The notes beneath the pieces were generated by a model, which saw only the letters and a program-made list of their open reading frames with translations, was not told where the DNA came from and ran no database searches. The translations under genes and the position numbers were made by a program. Below, piece after piece: positions 1 to 9,921 of a stretch of 64,000 nt of DNA (the first letter of the stretch is position 1; every line of letters begins with the position of its first letter). The stretch spans positions 12,413-76,412 of the IMG/VR virus record IMGVR_UViG_3300017766_004476. One strand, 5' to 3'. The DNA is from a virus. Lineage: Duplodnaviria > Heunggongvirae > Uroviricota > Caudoviricetes.

Positions 1-431
1 GTTAGCCACTGCTCACCCTCACGAGACTTCATCTTTAAATCTTTAGTAGTGATGCAGCGTCCTCCATTGTATTTTCTCTGCACCGTTACAGGGTACTTAA
101 TTTTATCAACCCGATCTTTAAACTTCTTTGCAAGGGTACATGAAATATAACCTTTATCCTGATCTACACACTTTATATCTTCAAAGCAGCCCTGCTTCTT
201 TGCTTTCTTATATTTTGAGAGAATGTCTCTTTGTGCTTGAATATCTCCTGTCGTCTCGTTAGACTTACCTGCATTCTTACCAACACAAACTGTCCATTTT
301 GAAGTAGTAACTTTTCCATCTACTTGACCAGAGTGAGAGCGGTACTTATCTCCATCTTGTTCAACCCACCAGACTTGAATAGCTCCGGTAGTTGCACGTG
401 AATATAGTTTAGGGTAATTTTTCTTTATCAT
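1..431 (-). CDS. Partial CDS (N-terminal ~143 aa; gene runs off the window start). Weak ligase-like K-x-N-G-x-R motif (QRKYNGGRC).
   Basis: ATG at 431..429 overlaps the stop of the upstream gene (ATGA). Open frame continues to position 1. KYNGGR resembles nucleotidyltransferase motif I, but Asp is replaced by Asn. Confidence 0.35.
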   Translation of the reverse strand, partial: MIKKNYPKLYSRATTGAIQVWWVEQDGDKYRSHSGQVDGKVTTSKWTVCVGKNAGKSNETTGDIQAQRDILSKYKKAKKQGCFEDIKCVDQDKGYISCTLAKKFKDRVDKIKYPVTVQRKYNGGRCITTKDLKMKSREGEQWL

Positions 432-871
432 AAGAGGGTAGGATTTGAAAGCATATAAGTTTTGGTATTGGTTACAACTGTGACTCGATACTGGAATAAT
501 TCATACATTAAGAGCTTTGCAATATCAAAGGCATGCTGGAGAATAATATCAGGACTAGCTGGAAATCGAGGGTAGTTAATTAGACCTATGATAACCCCTG
601 GCTCTGTCCCTCCTTTATATACATATTGAGTAGGTGTTAGACTGACACACCAACTCTTTTCATTGACGTATTTTTCAAGGACAACATAAACAGCATCTAT
701 TGGGTAGATAATACCTGTATACATCCGCTTTAGTCCGCAGTAGATTCTTATCTCTGTTGTATCAACTTCTGTAATAGTAACTTCGCTATCCATAAATGAA
801 AATCGCTTTAATACCATTAAGATATTAAAGCGATGTAGAAGTACAATATTTAATTTAGTTATCTTTTCCAA
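428..871 (-). CDS. hypothetical protein (147 aa)
   Basis: Long ORF in AT-rich DNA, tightly packed with its neighbours. Confidence 0.5.
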   Translation of the reverse strand: MEKITKLNIVLLHRFNILMVLKRFSFMDSEVTITEVDTTEIRIYCGLKRMYTGIIYPIDAVYVVLEKYVNEKSWCVSLTPTQYVYKGGTEPGVIIGLINYPRFPASPDIILQHAFDIAKLLMYELFQYRVTVVTNTKTYMLSNPTLL

Positions 872-1713
872 TTCTTAGGTGGTTTACAATAACCCGGAAA
901 GCTCTGTGGAAACGAAACACCCACAGGAGGATTTTCAAGAAGTACCCCAAGGAATTTAAGACCGTCGCGGGTGTTATAATAAATGTCGGTTGTGAGTACT
1001 TCCGCACCCCTGACAAACTCTACAGATGTGACTTTACTCTCAATTGCTTTACCCCATTGAGTACCCAGACTAAAGGGTTCATCTGATTGAAGACTAGTCG
1101 AGCAGTAATCCATGCTAAGCATTGAGCTCTTTAAATCTCCTGCCCCTAATGCAGAACTATTATACATACATCGCACACTATTATCAGTTATGAGAGTACC
1201 GCAGTATAATTCTCCAGGAGTGTCACCAAAATAGGGTGTATGAGGAGGCCAAGGGCTGGGCGGAATATAAGTTCTCTTTTTTCTATCTACATTGAGGTCA
1301 TTTATGCTCTGTAGTGTAGCTAAGATGTGATAATTATCAGCCTCTTCCACGATGCAAACACCAATAACACCACAGTTTGCAGATACTGAAGTTTGTTCCT
1401 TTACAGTACTCTCTTCTTTAATACAGAATTTAAATGCACCTACTTCACTATCTGAATATCTATATCCTTTAAGCTTTAGAGGTGTTGCTGCAGTGAATAC
1501 ATATCCAGGGCCTTTATTAGATGCCACTGTACCATCGAGAACATTGACACCATCTACGGATATAATTGCGAGATAGCGCTTATATGCGGAGGTCTTTACG
1601 TGGATTTCATACTCAGTACCAGCTTTGGCTTCAATGAATGTTTTTCCATTGTGTGAGTATTGTTTACATGAGTTGCCGTTTACGACAACATTTATTGCGA
1701 ATTTATCTTTCAT
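859..1713 (-). CDS. hypothetical protein (284 aa)
   Basis: Long ORF with no recognisable motif. Confidence 0.55.
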   Translation of the reverse strand: MKDKFAINVVVNGNSCKQYSHNGKTFIEAKAGTEYEIHVKTSAYKRYLAIISVDGVNVLDGTVASNKGPGYVFTAATPLKLKGYRYSDSEVGAFKFCIKEESTVKEQTSVSANCGVIGVCIVEEADNYHILATLQSINDLNVDRKKRTYIPPSPWPPHTPYFGDTPGELYCGTLITDNSVRCMYNSSALGAGDLKSSMLSMDYCSTSLQSDEPFSLGTQWGKAIESKVTSVEFVRGAEVLTTDIYYNTRDGLKFLGVLLENPPVGVSFPQSFPGYCKPPKNWKR

Positions 1714-1754
1714 ATGTTTATTAGAAAGCCGCTCATACCGCGGATTTCACTATT

Positions 1755-1790
1755 ATTTATAATTGATATATTCGGAATGCAAGTATAATA
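1755..1790 (+). promoter_or_regulatory. sigma70-like promoter candidate for the plus-strand 3-gene operon
   Basis: TTGATA (1763-1768) and TATAAT (1784-1789) lie in AT-rich DNA just upstream of the ATG at 1798. Confidence 0.3.
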
Positions 1791-1797
1791 AAAAGTA

Positions 1798-2418
1798 ATG
1801 AAAAATATCACTATCAATATTAATGTACCAGAGCTTACAGAAGATACGAGTATTAATGTAACAGTTAACGGCTCTAAGATAAAAGCTCCTCTCAAGTGTG
1901 GACCAGTACCAAGCGACGTTGATTATCAAAATTTTATTTGTTATTGTAATGAACAAGGGGTGCATTTAAATAGTGTACAAAAAAATATTGCTCATAACGT
2001 TCTAGATTTAGATATTAATAATGAGGAATTATTTCATGCATTCACAGAAGAACGGCAAACTGGAACAACTACAGTGCTAGGACTACTAGTAGCTTGGTTT
2101 ATTCGAGTAAAGCAGTATAAGAGAATTTTAGTTATATGTCATAATTCAGGCGCTGTTCTCCGATTTCAAAAATTGATTATGGGTTGTATTCGTTGCCCTC
2201 TCCAAGTAGTAAAAAAATCAGAAATCGTTTATGGTGATACTGTTATCACATTTATGACCCAGGATGATCTATCAACTAAATTATGCGGTTATTTTGAATT
2301 TCAACTTACGGTTTTAGATAATGTCACAGTTCCAGCAATAAACATTATTAAAGATATTCACTTAATAAGTGAGAGAATAATTGATATGACCACTACAGAG
2401 GGCGAAATTAAAAATTGA
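1798..2418 (+). CDS. hypothetical protein (206 aa)
   Basis: First gene of the only plus-strand operon in the window. Confidence 0.5.
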   Translation: MKNITININVPELTEDTSINVTVNGSKIKAPLKCGPVPSDVDYQNFICYCNEQGVHLNSVQKNIAHNVLDLDINNEELFHAFTEERQTGTTTVLGLLVAWFIRVKQYKRILVICHNSGAVLRFQKLIMGCIRCPLQVVKKSEIVYGDTVITFMTQDDLSTKLCGYFEFQLTVLDNVTVPAINIIKDIHLISERIIDMTTTEGEIKN

Positions 2419-2447
2419 TATTCCTTATAGTTCATTTATATTAAATT

Positions 2448-2981
2448 ATGAATGATATTTTTGTTACAGGTGATACTCACTTTGGACAAAAAGGTATCTT
2501 AAAGTTTCGTCCATTTCAGACAGTACAAGAAATGGATGAAACTATAATTGAAAATTATAACAATGTAGTTAAGCCGGGTGATACAGTTTACCATATTGGT
2601 GATTTATGCCATACTGTTGATGTTAAAGTTTTTCATAGCTACCTTTCACGTCTCAATGGAAGAATCATATTGATTAAAGGTAACCACGATCGAACATCGT
2701 GGAAGGCTCCTGAATTGTTTACTGGTCCTTATAACATGTATGAGACAATTATTGAAGGGAGAGATGTTACCTTCTGTCATTATGCAATGTTGATGTGGAA
2801 GAATTCCCATCGGGGTGCATATCACCTCTATGGACATTCACATGGAACTCTAGAAGATAATCCTCATTCACTCTCATTCGATGTAGGGGTAGATTGTCAC
2901 GACTTTAAGCCTTTACATTGGTCTCAAGTTGTCGAGAGAATGAAAACGAAAAATTGGAAAGCAATTGACAAGCACAAGTAA
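2448..2981 (+). CDS. calcineurin-like metallophosphoesterase
   Basis: GDTHFG, GDL, GNHD and GHSHG motifs occur in canonical order. Confidence 0.8.
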   Translation: MNDIFVTGDTHFGQKGILKFRPFQTVQEMDETIIENYNNVVKPGDTVYHIGDLCHTVDVKVFHSYLSRLNGRIILIKGNHDRTSWKAPELFTGPYNMYETIIEGRDVTFCHYAMLMWKNSHRGAYHLYGHSHGTLEDNPHSLSFDVGVDCHDFKPLHWSQVVERMKTKNWKAIDKHK

Positions 2982-2986
2982 ATTTT

Positions 2987-3340
2987 ATGTTACAAGTAAT
3001 ACAACAAGAATCGGACAGCGATAAAATATGTACTACCTCCCCTTTTACCAATTATGAACTAATAGTAATTGATACTGATAAATGGTATATTTCGATAGAT
3101 AAACTCTGTAAACAAGGAGGCTTTGAAAGGATATGGAAAGTTACTCCTAATACAAAGAGTCGAAAATACTCATTTCCTGCGGTAGGTACAGTAGATGCAA
3201 GTTTTAAATGTATAACAATTTTAGATTGTTATGATGAACTCATTTCGATGTTACGAGAGAATAATATAACCAAAATATATAAAGTTAATCAGTTTAAGCC
3301 GATAATCTTATATAAGTTTGCTATTATTCAAGGAGAGTAA
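2987..3340 (+). CDS. hypothetical protein (117 aa)
   Basis: ORF in the same operon. Confidence 0.45.
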   Translation: MLQVIQQESDSDKICTTSPFTNYELIVIDTDKWYISIDKLCKQGGFERIWKVTPNTKSRKYSFPAVGTVDASFKCITILDCYDELISMLRENNITKIYKVNQFKPIILYKFAIIQGE

Positions 3341-3958
3341 TTACTTCTTATACTGAAGATATTTCTTAAGGGCCTGATCAGCAGAGAGGCCCTTTTTTCC
3401 ACCTGCTTGATAATACTTCTTCCAATATTCAGCAAGGTACTTAGAGTCATTTTGCTTAATGCCTTCAGGTATCATTCCGTATTTAATCCGCGCAATACCT
3501 GCAGCAAATTTATCATTATTAAGAAGGAGCTTATTTAAATCCTTTTCGAGGGTAGGAATACTATTAGTGACTCCTGCATACTGCGAGAGAGTATTAAGCG
3601 TTTTAGGTCTACTTTTTAAATATCTCAAGACATCCTTTCCAGTTGCTGGCTCAATCTGGAAATATGATAATGCAGGTCCTCCACCGAGTTGCTTCTTATA
3701 TTTACCTCCATCAGACTCAACCACTGCAGTCAAATATAATAATTCCCGAGCTTGAGGAGTGTCGGGATAAAATGCTTTAAATGCTGCAACTGATGAATCA
3801 GATAAAGACTTTAAGGTAGCAAGATTATTAGTCTGAACAGTAGGCGCCTTTGCGGGTGCCGCATCAACCGGAGACGTTAAAGAAGATACTCCGAGCGCTG
3901 CGCCTGCAAGCACTGATTTCCAATTCTCTGCGACTAAATATTGTTTGAAGGTAATCAT
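3341..3958 (-). CDS. CTS-like-leader protein with a lytic-transglycosylase-like motif (candidate packaged cell-wall hydrolase)
   Basis: N-terminus is MITFKQYLVAEN, followed by a hydrophobic segment. ES…GGPALSYFQIE resembles the SLT catalytic Glu plus the AxGLMQ motif. Confidence 0.5.
   Translation of the reverse strand: MITFKQYLVAENWKSVLAGAALGVSSLTSPVDAAPAKAPTVQTNNLATLKSLSDSSVAAFKAFYPDTPQARELLYLTAVVESDGGKYKKQLGGGPALSYFQIEPATGKDVLRYLKSRPKTLNTLSQYAGVTNSIPTLEKDLNKLLLNNDKFAAGIARIKYGMIPEGIKQNDSKYLAEYWKKYYQAGGKKGLSADQALKKYLQYKK
3370..3398 (+). terminator. rho-independent terminator for the plus-strand operon
   Basis: GGGCC…GGCCC hairpin followed by TTTTTT, embedded in the 3' coding end of the convergent minus-strand gene. 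Confidence 0.6.
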
Positions 3959-4100
3959 TATAATTATTTAAGATATATGGAAACTGATAACAATGCAACT
4001 GTTATTTTAACCTCCGAAGAACTTGCAGTCCTTAAGTGGTGGGAGTGTGATAATTATCATGAGTGGGAAAGATTAGCTCGGAGAGATTATCATTACTGGC

Positions 4101-4601
4101 CTACTTAACCTGGAATACTCCCCAAGTATTACTCTTATCAATATATAGAATGTCAATTTTATCTGCATTCCGCTCTAATACAGATTTATAAATCCGACCC
4201 CTTTCTACATTACATTCATAAAGAAATGTGTTTATTTGTCTGGTAGAAGCGAAGTACTTTAAACTATAAATTATATTTGTAAAGATGCTGTTCATTCTAG
4301 AGCCATATTTTTCTCTATTTTTATCTACAGACCTTACATACCCCTTAACATACCAATCGATGGTAGAATACTTATCAAAGGATGGTATTGTTGGTGACCC
4401 ACCTCGAGTCATTTCCTGCTTTAAATATTCAACAGTATGAGGGTCACTGTAAATATTAAAAACTACATCGAGCCACCGATCATGATCTCTTTCGAATACA
4501 AATCGATCCGTAAATGTATCTGAATCAATGTCTACCGTATCTTTTAATTCAGCATTACCTATTCGATATGCTTCGGAAAAATATGCCTTAAAATCAATCA
4601 T
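4101..4601 (-). CDS. hypothetical protein with CTS-like leader (MIDFKAYFSEAY)
   Basis: Start moved to the internal Met whose leader matches 7164..7697. Confidence 0.5.
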   Translation of the reverse strand: MIDFKAYFSEAYRIGNAELKDTVDIDSDTFTDRFVFERDHDRWLDVVFNIYSDPHTVEYLKQEMTRGGSPTIPSFDKYSTIDWYVKGYVRSVDKNREKYGSRMNSIFTNIIYSLKYFASTRQINTFLYECNVERGRIYKSVLERNADKIDILYIDKSNTWGVFQVK

Positions 4602-5626
4602 TATTTCCAAACTCCTGTATATAATTGAATACCTACCCCTATCAATTTAGTAAGCTCTTCGTTCGGATACCATTTGTTTCCCATTATCTGACGAGTGAAT
4701 ACAGAATTTTCAGGATGGCTAGTTACAATATATCTATGACCATTAAACGAGCTCTCTATTGCATTATACTTCTTAAATTCGCTCTTTAATATATCAATAT
4801 GCTCAGGAAAAAACTTCATCTTAAGATTACTATTGGGGATGAACTCAATCTCATGAACATCTCCATGTAGGGTATTAAATGTAGCATTATCATAGTAACC
4901 TACAACATCTTGAGGCTTAATCTCCTTTATTGCATCTCCTATAATCTCCTTCTCTCTATGAAAGTTACGCAGGGTTTCGAGACCATGGATTTCATTACCA
5001 AATACGAGACGAGCAGCATTAACTACATGAACTGCAAAGAGTCCTACATTAAAGATAGGAAGAATTGTATGAGAAGTTACTATTACAAGAGACCTTCCAT
5101 GAGTTTGAAGGAGAGTTTCTGAACCAATATTCATTACATGATACCCTCCAGTCCTTCCAAATAGTTGTGAATGACGAGTAAAGTATTGATACTCTTCACC
5201 CTCTTTCACCTTTAATGATTGACCACCCTTTAGTAAATCTAGATCTTTTTGAGTAAAGCTAGTCCAGAAACGTTGAACCCTTACCGGCTCTTTTGATGTC
5301 TTAAAGGTGAGATACTTATCCAACTCTTTCCATTTGCGAAAGTATGAATATCCTCCTAGATGCTTAGTAAGTGCCTGGAGGGCAAAGATTACATCAGGAT
5401 ACTTACGCTTAATCTCATTCGGTACTGGCTTAGATGTAACTACCTTAAAGTGACGCGGACCTTCAGATTCAAATTGTCCACCTGCACGAATCCACTCTCT
5501 CAAAATACCATCCCACTCAGATGTTCCATTCTTAATAGATTCCATCTGCTGACGCACCTGTGAGGTCATCGACTCACAGACGAGATGGAATTGCTTAAAC
5601 GATTGCATATAAGAGTATTTATACAA
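4601..5626 (-). CDS. hypothetical protein (341 aa)
   Basis: Long ORF. The GNEIHG and HGDVHE motifs are not in canonical phosphoesterase order. Confidence 0.5.
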   Translation of the reverse strand: MYKYSYMQSFKQFHLVCESMTSQVRQQMESIKNGTSEWDGILREWIRAGGQFESEGPRHFKVVTSKPVPNEIKRKYPDVIFALQALTKHLGGYSYFRKWKELDKYLTFKTSKEPVRVQRFWTSFTQKDLDLLKGGQSLKVKEGEEYQYFTRHSQLFGRTGGYHVMNIGSETLLQTHGRSLVIVTSHTILPIFNVGLFAVHVVNAARLVFGNEIHGLETLRNFHREKEIIGDAIKEIKPQDVVGYYDNATFNTLHGDVHEIEFIPNSNLKMKFFPEHIDILKSEFKKYNAIESSFNGHRYIVTSHPENSVFTRQIMGNKWYPNEELTKLIGVGIQLYTGVWK

Positions 5627-5715
5627 GAGGAAACCTATTTAGCTTTGGTTCTAAATAGGTTTTATTTTAAAATGATAGTTTGATATACGAATGATTAAAA
5701 TCGATTTAGATCAAA

Positions 5716-5985
5716 TTATTGGTCTGGTGCAGTCTCGTACATCTTAGCGAACTTAGCAAGAATTGAAACGATATGAGCATCAGGTTCAGTTCCTCCAGAC
5801 GGGTCATTCTCTTGAACTAATTCAATCAAATAATCAATGTCGCCTTTTGTAAGCGGTACTGGTTCTGCAGAATCGATTAGATCTGCTTGCTGTTCGTCAT
5901 TAGAAGGTACATTGCCTATTGATGGGCGCTGACCTTTAAGGACTTCGTCGTATGCTTCAGAAAGCAATTCCATGTGGTGTTTCAT
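5716..5985 (-). CDS. small protein, MKHHMELLSEAY leader family
   Basis: Internal-Met start. Its first 17 aa and 45 nt are identical to the next paralog. Confidence 0.5.
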   Translation of the reverse strand: MKHHMELLSEAYDEVLKGQRPSIGNVPSNDEQQADLIDSAEPVPLTKGDIDYLIELVQENDPSGGTEPDAHIVSILAKFAKMYETAPDQ

Positions 5986-5993
5986 AACATTAT

Positions 5994-6401
5994 TTAATAT
6001 TTCAATGGTGCTGAAACGACTTGTCCGTCTGGATACACAACGTCTACGTTTAATTGACCTGAATCTGCCATTTCTTGAAAATTTGGAATATTGCTCCAAG
6101 ACCATGGATCGGAACCGATTTCCTCTTCAACCACTCGTTGACGATCTCGTTTATTAGATATTGAATGTACAATCCGACTAAAGTTTGTAATCACATCACC
6201 AATAGCACCTCCAGAGTCGTACTCTTCAGGGCGTTCCGGGTCTGATTGCCGGGTATACATATGAACAATAATTTCTTCGATAGTTACAGATATAGGATTT
6301 TCTGGATTGTTATTTTGAGGATCTGGAACATTAGACATTGAAGGTCTATTTTTAAGAACCTCGTCGTATGCTTCAGAAAGCAATTCCATGTGGTGTTTCA
6401 T
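5994..6401 (-). CDS. small protein, MKHHMELLSEAY leader family
   Basis: Tandem paralog of 5716..5985. Confidence 0.55.
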   Translation of the reverse strand: MKHHMELLSEAYDEVLKNRPSMSNVPDPQNNNPENPISVTIEEIIVHMYTRQSDPERPEEYDSGGAIGDVITNFSRIVHSISNKRDRQRVVEEEIGSDPWSWSNIPNFQEMADSGQLNVDVVYPDGQVVSAPLKY

Positions 6402-6497
6402 AATATTATTTATACTAAAGAGGACGCACTCTACCTTTTGTTCTAAACGTATTTGATTGAAAGAATATACTCTGATAGTGTTTGTTAAAGAACTTAT

Positions 6498-7160
6498 TTA
6501 GATCTTATTCTCTTCAAAGGGCTTCGGAGCCGTATTTAAAGGTGTCCAGTAGTGAGTAACCCAATCTTTACTTTTGAGTAGTTTAATAAGCTTTGCCAAG
6601 AGAGGTACTGCTTCTTTAAACTGAAATCTTCCAATATGAATAGCAACATCTCTCCCCAGCTTCTGAACTTCAGTAACTGGTTGAAGCTTTTCATATGCTT
6701 GAGAATAGCGCTCACCTGCTTCTCTGACCTCTTTCCACCACTGTTCTAAAGAACCTTTATAACCGTATTCTCGGACATGATAGTTGTAGTTACTCTCAAT
6801 CTGCTGTTTAACATCCTCATCAATAGGCATCCATCCTTTACGAGGAGCAAGAGACTGATAGATTTTCTCTGCCTTTTCTAATGTGGCCCTGCGCCCATAA
6901 TGATATCCGCCACCTCCGAAATCGTGCTTTGAATCACTATAGGAACTGCGATGAATCAAATCACCACCATGTTCAAGCCAATAAAGCCATGAACCCGTCC
7001 CATGAGTAACATTAGGATTAAGGCGTTCGTTGAACATCCCCTCTGGTCCTTCCCACCGTTGCTGGTTATGAACTTTAGCAAATGCTTCTATCATCTCAGG
7101 AGTTCTATAAGGATGATCTGAACCATATACTTCATTAAAGTATTGTTTAAATTTTTCCAT
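6498..7160 (-). CDS. hypothetical protein with CTS-like leader (MEKFKQYFNEVY)
   Basis: Shared leader motif, 220 aa. Confidence 0.55.
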   Translation of the reverse strand: MEKFKQYFNEVYGSDHPYRTPEMIEAFAKVHNQQRWEGPEGMFNERLNPNVTHGTGSWLYWLEHGGDLIHRSSYSDSKHDFGGGGYHYGRRATLEKAEKIYQSLAPRKGWMPIDEDVKQQIESNYNYHVREYGYKGSLEQWWKEVREAGERYSQAYEKLQPVTEVQKLGRDVAIHIGRFQFKEAVPLLAKLIKLLKSKDWVTHYWTPLNTAPKPFEENKI

Positions 7161-7163
7161 ATA

Positions 7164-7697
7164 TTAATATCTTATATCAGGGTTTGAAGGATTAAAAGAA
7201 CCTTTATTGCCAGTTGCTGATTTAATTTGGCTCGGATCAAATACTACAAACTCTCTATCTGCACTCGGGGTATCAGAAAAACCAATTATTCCATCATACC
7301 CCATCTTCTCCCATTTCTTTATGAGTTGTGGGAGATTGTCATGATACTGAAGATAAGAAGACTTACCTTCAGGAAGTAAGTCTTGAGGTACTGGATTAGT
7401 TATTCTAAGGTAAGCAGGAATAACTCGTGCAGATACGAGCTCTTTTCTATTTACGAAAGCGGCATATTCATGAGAGTTTTGGGCAATAGTACTAGCATAC
7501 TCCGGTTCATCAGTAAAATAACTCGGATAATCTTTAAGGAATTTATCTTCAAAGCTTACCATTGCTCGACCATGATAAACTCTCAACGGTCTACCCTCAC
7601 TATCAACTACTTTAGATCCTGCAAACCATTTTTGAAACTCAGGAGTAAGTACTTGATTACGATTCTCAGCTAAAAAATATGTCTTAAAGTCGATCAT
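7164..7697 (-). CDS. CTS-like-leader protein, paralog pair A (YHGR motif; conserved C-terminal tail)
   Basis: MIDFKTYFLAEN leader, then KVVDSEGRPLRVYHGR. The C-terminus IKSATGNKGSFNPSNPDIRY is shared with 7701..8237. Confidence 0.6.
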   Translation of the reverse strand: MIDFKTYFLAENRNQVLTPEFQKWFAGSKVVDSEGRPLRVYHGRAMVSFEDKFLKDYPSYFTDEPEYASTIAQNSHEYAAFVNRKELVSARVIPAYLRITNPVPQDLLPEGKSSYLQYHDNLPQLIKKWEKMGYDGIIGFSDTPSADREFVVFDPSQIKSATGNKGSFNPSNPDIRY

Positions 7698-7700
7698 AGG

Positions 7701-8237
7701 TTAATGTCTGATGTCAGGGTTAGAAGGATTGAAGGAACCTTTGTTACCGGTTGCAGATTTGATCTGCTCTGGATAAAACGGAACATATGAATCACCTTTT
7801 CCTTCAACTTTATTAGAGTAAACCAAACCATCATACCCCTCTCGTTTAGCTCTCTGGATTATATATGCCCACATAGGGCCTAGTGTATCATCTTCAACTC
7901 GTTTAGGGTTTTTAATTGATAAATAGACAGGCACTATATTAGGCGCTTTACCTTTCATATTTTGAGTCATCCATTCATAATCTTCTGGAGATATAGTCCA
8001 ACCTCTTAAAATTTTATTAGCTTGTTCTGAAGAGCCAAAATGGCCTAATGCTCCACCTCCACCCATAAGCGTAGCTTCCTGATCTTTAAAAGTATTAAAA
8101 TCGTCAACTCGTCCATGATAAACAACTAAAGGATTACCTTGAGAATCAACCACCTTTGATCCCTTAAACCACTCTTTAAAGGCTGGTGATTCAGTCACTT
8201 TATAGTTCTCTGTAAAGTATTCCTTAAAGGTGTGCAT
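7701..8237 (-). CDS. CTS-like-leader protein, paralog pair B
   Basis: MHTFKEYFTENY leader, then KVVDSQGNPLVVYHGR and the same C-terminal tail. Confidence 0.6.
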   Translation of the reverse strand: MHTFKEYFTENYKVTESPAFKEWFKGSKVVDSQGNPLVVYHGRVDDFNTFKDQEATLMGGGGALGHFGSSEQANKILRGWTISPEDYEWMTQNMKGKAPNIVPVYLSIKNPKRVEDDTLGPMWAYIIQRAKREGYDGLVYSNKVEGKGDSYVPFYPEQIKSATGNKGSFNPSNPDIRH

Positions 8238-8557
8238 TAGTTTGAAAAGAGAGCAACGTTCTGACCATCTTGAGATACCCCAATAGCCATTCCGTTCTGA
8301 GCATTTGCATCTTGATCGAAATAGGAAAGACGTACTAAGTAGAAGAAATCTTCAGGAGTACTCTTCTTCCAATCAGAACCATAACCGTGCTCTTTAGAGA
8401 TACTAATAAGACGTGCAGTATCCTTTATGTTCTGAACATATGATTCATCTCCGAGTTGAGGGGCAACCTTTAAGAGGATGTTTTCGAGCTTTAAGAAGTC
8501 CGGAGTTGCATTCATCTCTTCATATGCTTCTGCAAGTAATTCTAAATGATGTTTCAT
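8237..8557 (-). CDS. small protein, MKHHLELLAEAY leader family
   Basis: Shares the leader family. Confidence 0.5.
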   Translation of the reverse strand: MKHHLELLAEAYEEMNATPDFLKLENILLKVAPQLGDESYVQNIKDTARLISISKEHGYGSDWKKSTPEDFFYLVRLSYFDQDANAQNGMAIGVSQDGQNVALFSN

Positions 8558-8569
8558 GATAATATTTAA

Positions 8570-9049
8570 TTAGTATTGAGGACGTTGCGGATCCATCTGT
8601 GAGACTGGACCATCAAAGGTTTCATATTCACCAAGTGCCTGATCATCACCATGCGGGTCAACCTGAGGAGAGGTATAGTTCTGAACCTGATGTATATCTG
8701 CAACCTCATAATAAGCAGAGGTAGCCACATGAGTAGCAACCTTTACAATATCCTCTTCTGAGAGATCAGTCTTAGGCTCAAAAAGCCATTCATGATTGTC
8801 TTCATAGATATAGGCATGTTCATCACCCTGAATAATCTTTGACACAGAAGTCCAATTAGTGTAGCTATTACGCGGATGAAAGGTAATATTAAAGCCTTCT
8901 TTAAGTTTGAAGATAAGCTGGGCAATCTCATCAGCAGACTTACCTTTAATATCAACATTTTGAGAAGCGGACATATTCTCTATGAGAAGTCGAGTCTGTT
9001 GTACCTTTATATAGGCTTTCTCAAGAAGGAACTTTTCGGTGCGGTTCAT
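8570..9049 (-). CDS. hypothetical acidic protein (159 aa)
   Basis: ORF only. Confidence 0.5.
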   Translation of the reverse strand: MNRTEKFLLEKAYIKVQQTRLLIENMSASQNVDIKGKSADEIAQLIFKLKEGFNITFHPRNSYTNWTSVSKIIQGDEHAYIYEDNHEWLFEPKTDLSEEDIVKVATHVATSAYYEVADIHQVQNYTSPQVDPHGDDQALGEYETFDGPVSQMDPQRPQY

Positions 9050-9187
9050 ATTATTATTATTTAATGATTATAAAGGCAGAACTAAAAAAGTGCAAAAAAA
9101 TTCACAAAAAATTTTTGAGAATCTTGAGAAATATAAACTGAAAGAAAGAGTGATGTTCGAGAGAATGATATTATTATAATATCATAA

Positions 9188-9688
9188 ATGAAACTATTTC
9201 AACAAGTTAAAGAGATTAGATCTCAGCAAGGAGAGTTACACTTCCAAAGGTATGCTATTATAGAGACGCATAAGTGGGCTCTCTATATTCATCGGATCTA
9301 TAAAGAAGATAAAGATGAACATTTACATAGTCATCCGTGGAACTTCATGAGTGTAATTCTGTGGGGTGCGTATATAGAACAATATGCTCCTGAGTATAAT
9401 CGGATGAGAGTAAAGTGTGAAGGATCATTCAGTAAGGCTGATCGGAACTACTTTCACAAGATCGTTGACATACTCAGGGGACCCGTAACTACGTTATTCT
9501 TTACGTGGGGAACACATCAACCATGGCATTACTGGGTTAAGGGTGAGAAAGTAGAATCAACAGAGTATCGGAAACAGAAGAATATTGCCCGGATGGCACA
9601 AGAGGTTGCACATAAGATAGATGCACAGATAGTTAAGAAGCTCCAGGAGCAGATTCCAGTACTAGAGAATCGTAAAATTTTACGATAA
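9188..9688 (+). CDS. hypothetical protein (166 aa)
   Basis: Plus-strand ORF immediately left of the island boundary. His-rich HLHSHPW segment. Confidence 0.45.
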   Translation: MKLFQQVKEIRSQQGELHFQRYAIIETHKWALYIHRIYKEDKDEHLHSHPWNFMSVILWGAYIEQYAPEYNRMRVKCEGSFSKADRNYFHKIVDILRGPVTTLFFTWGTHQPWHYWVKGEKVESTEYRKQKNIARMAQEVAHKIDAQIVKKLQEQIPVLENRKILR

Positions 9689-9921
9689 AAAAATTTCCGA
9701 GAACCGAGAACTTAAAAAGAATTTGGAAAAAAATTGGCATGGGGTCCGGATCGGAGTGCAAGCTTTTTCTATATCTAATAAATTTTCGTACTTAAGGCTT
9801 GCATTTCGCGGTGTGCTCCGATCCCCTCTCCACCTTTCGAGATGGCTGAGGCTCTCGAGAGCACACCGCTCTTAATTGTTCTAGTATCATTAAAGCTTGC
9901 CAGTTTGTTTAGATCAATGCT

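Noticed and set aside
4601-5626. Metallophosphoesterase call for the 341-aa protein (GNEIHG, HGDVHE)
   Set aside because: The motifs are not in canonical order or spacing. It is left as hypothetical.
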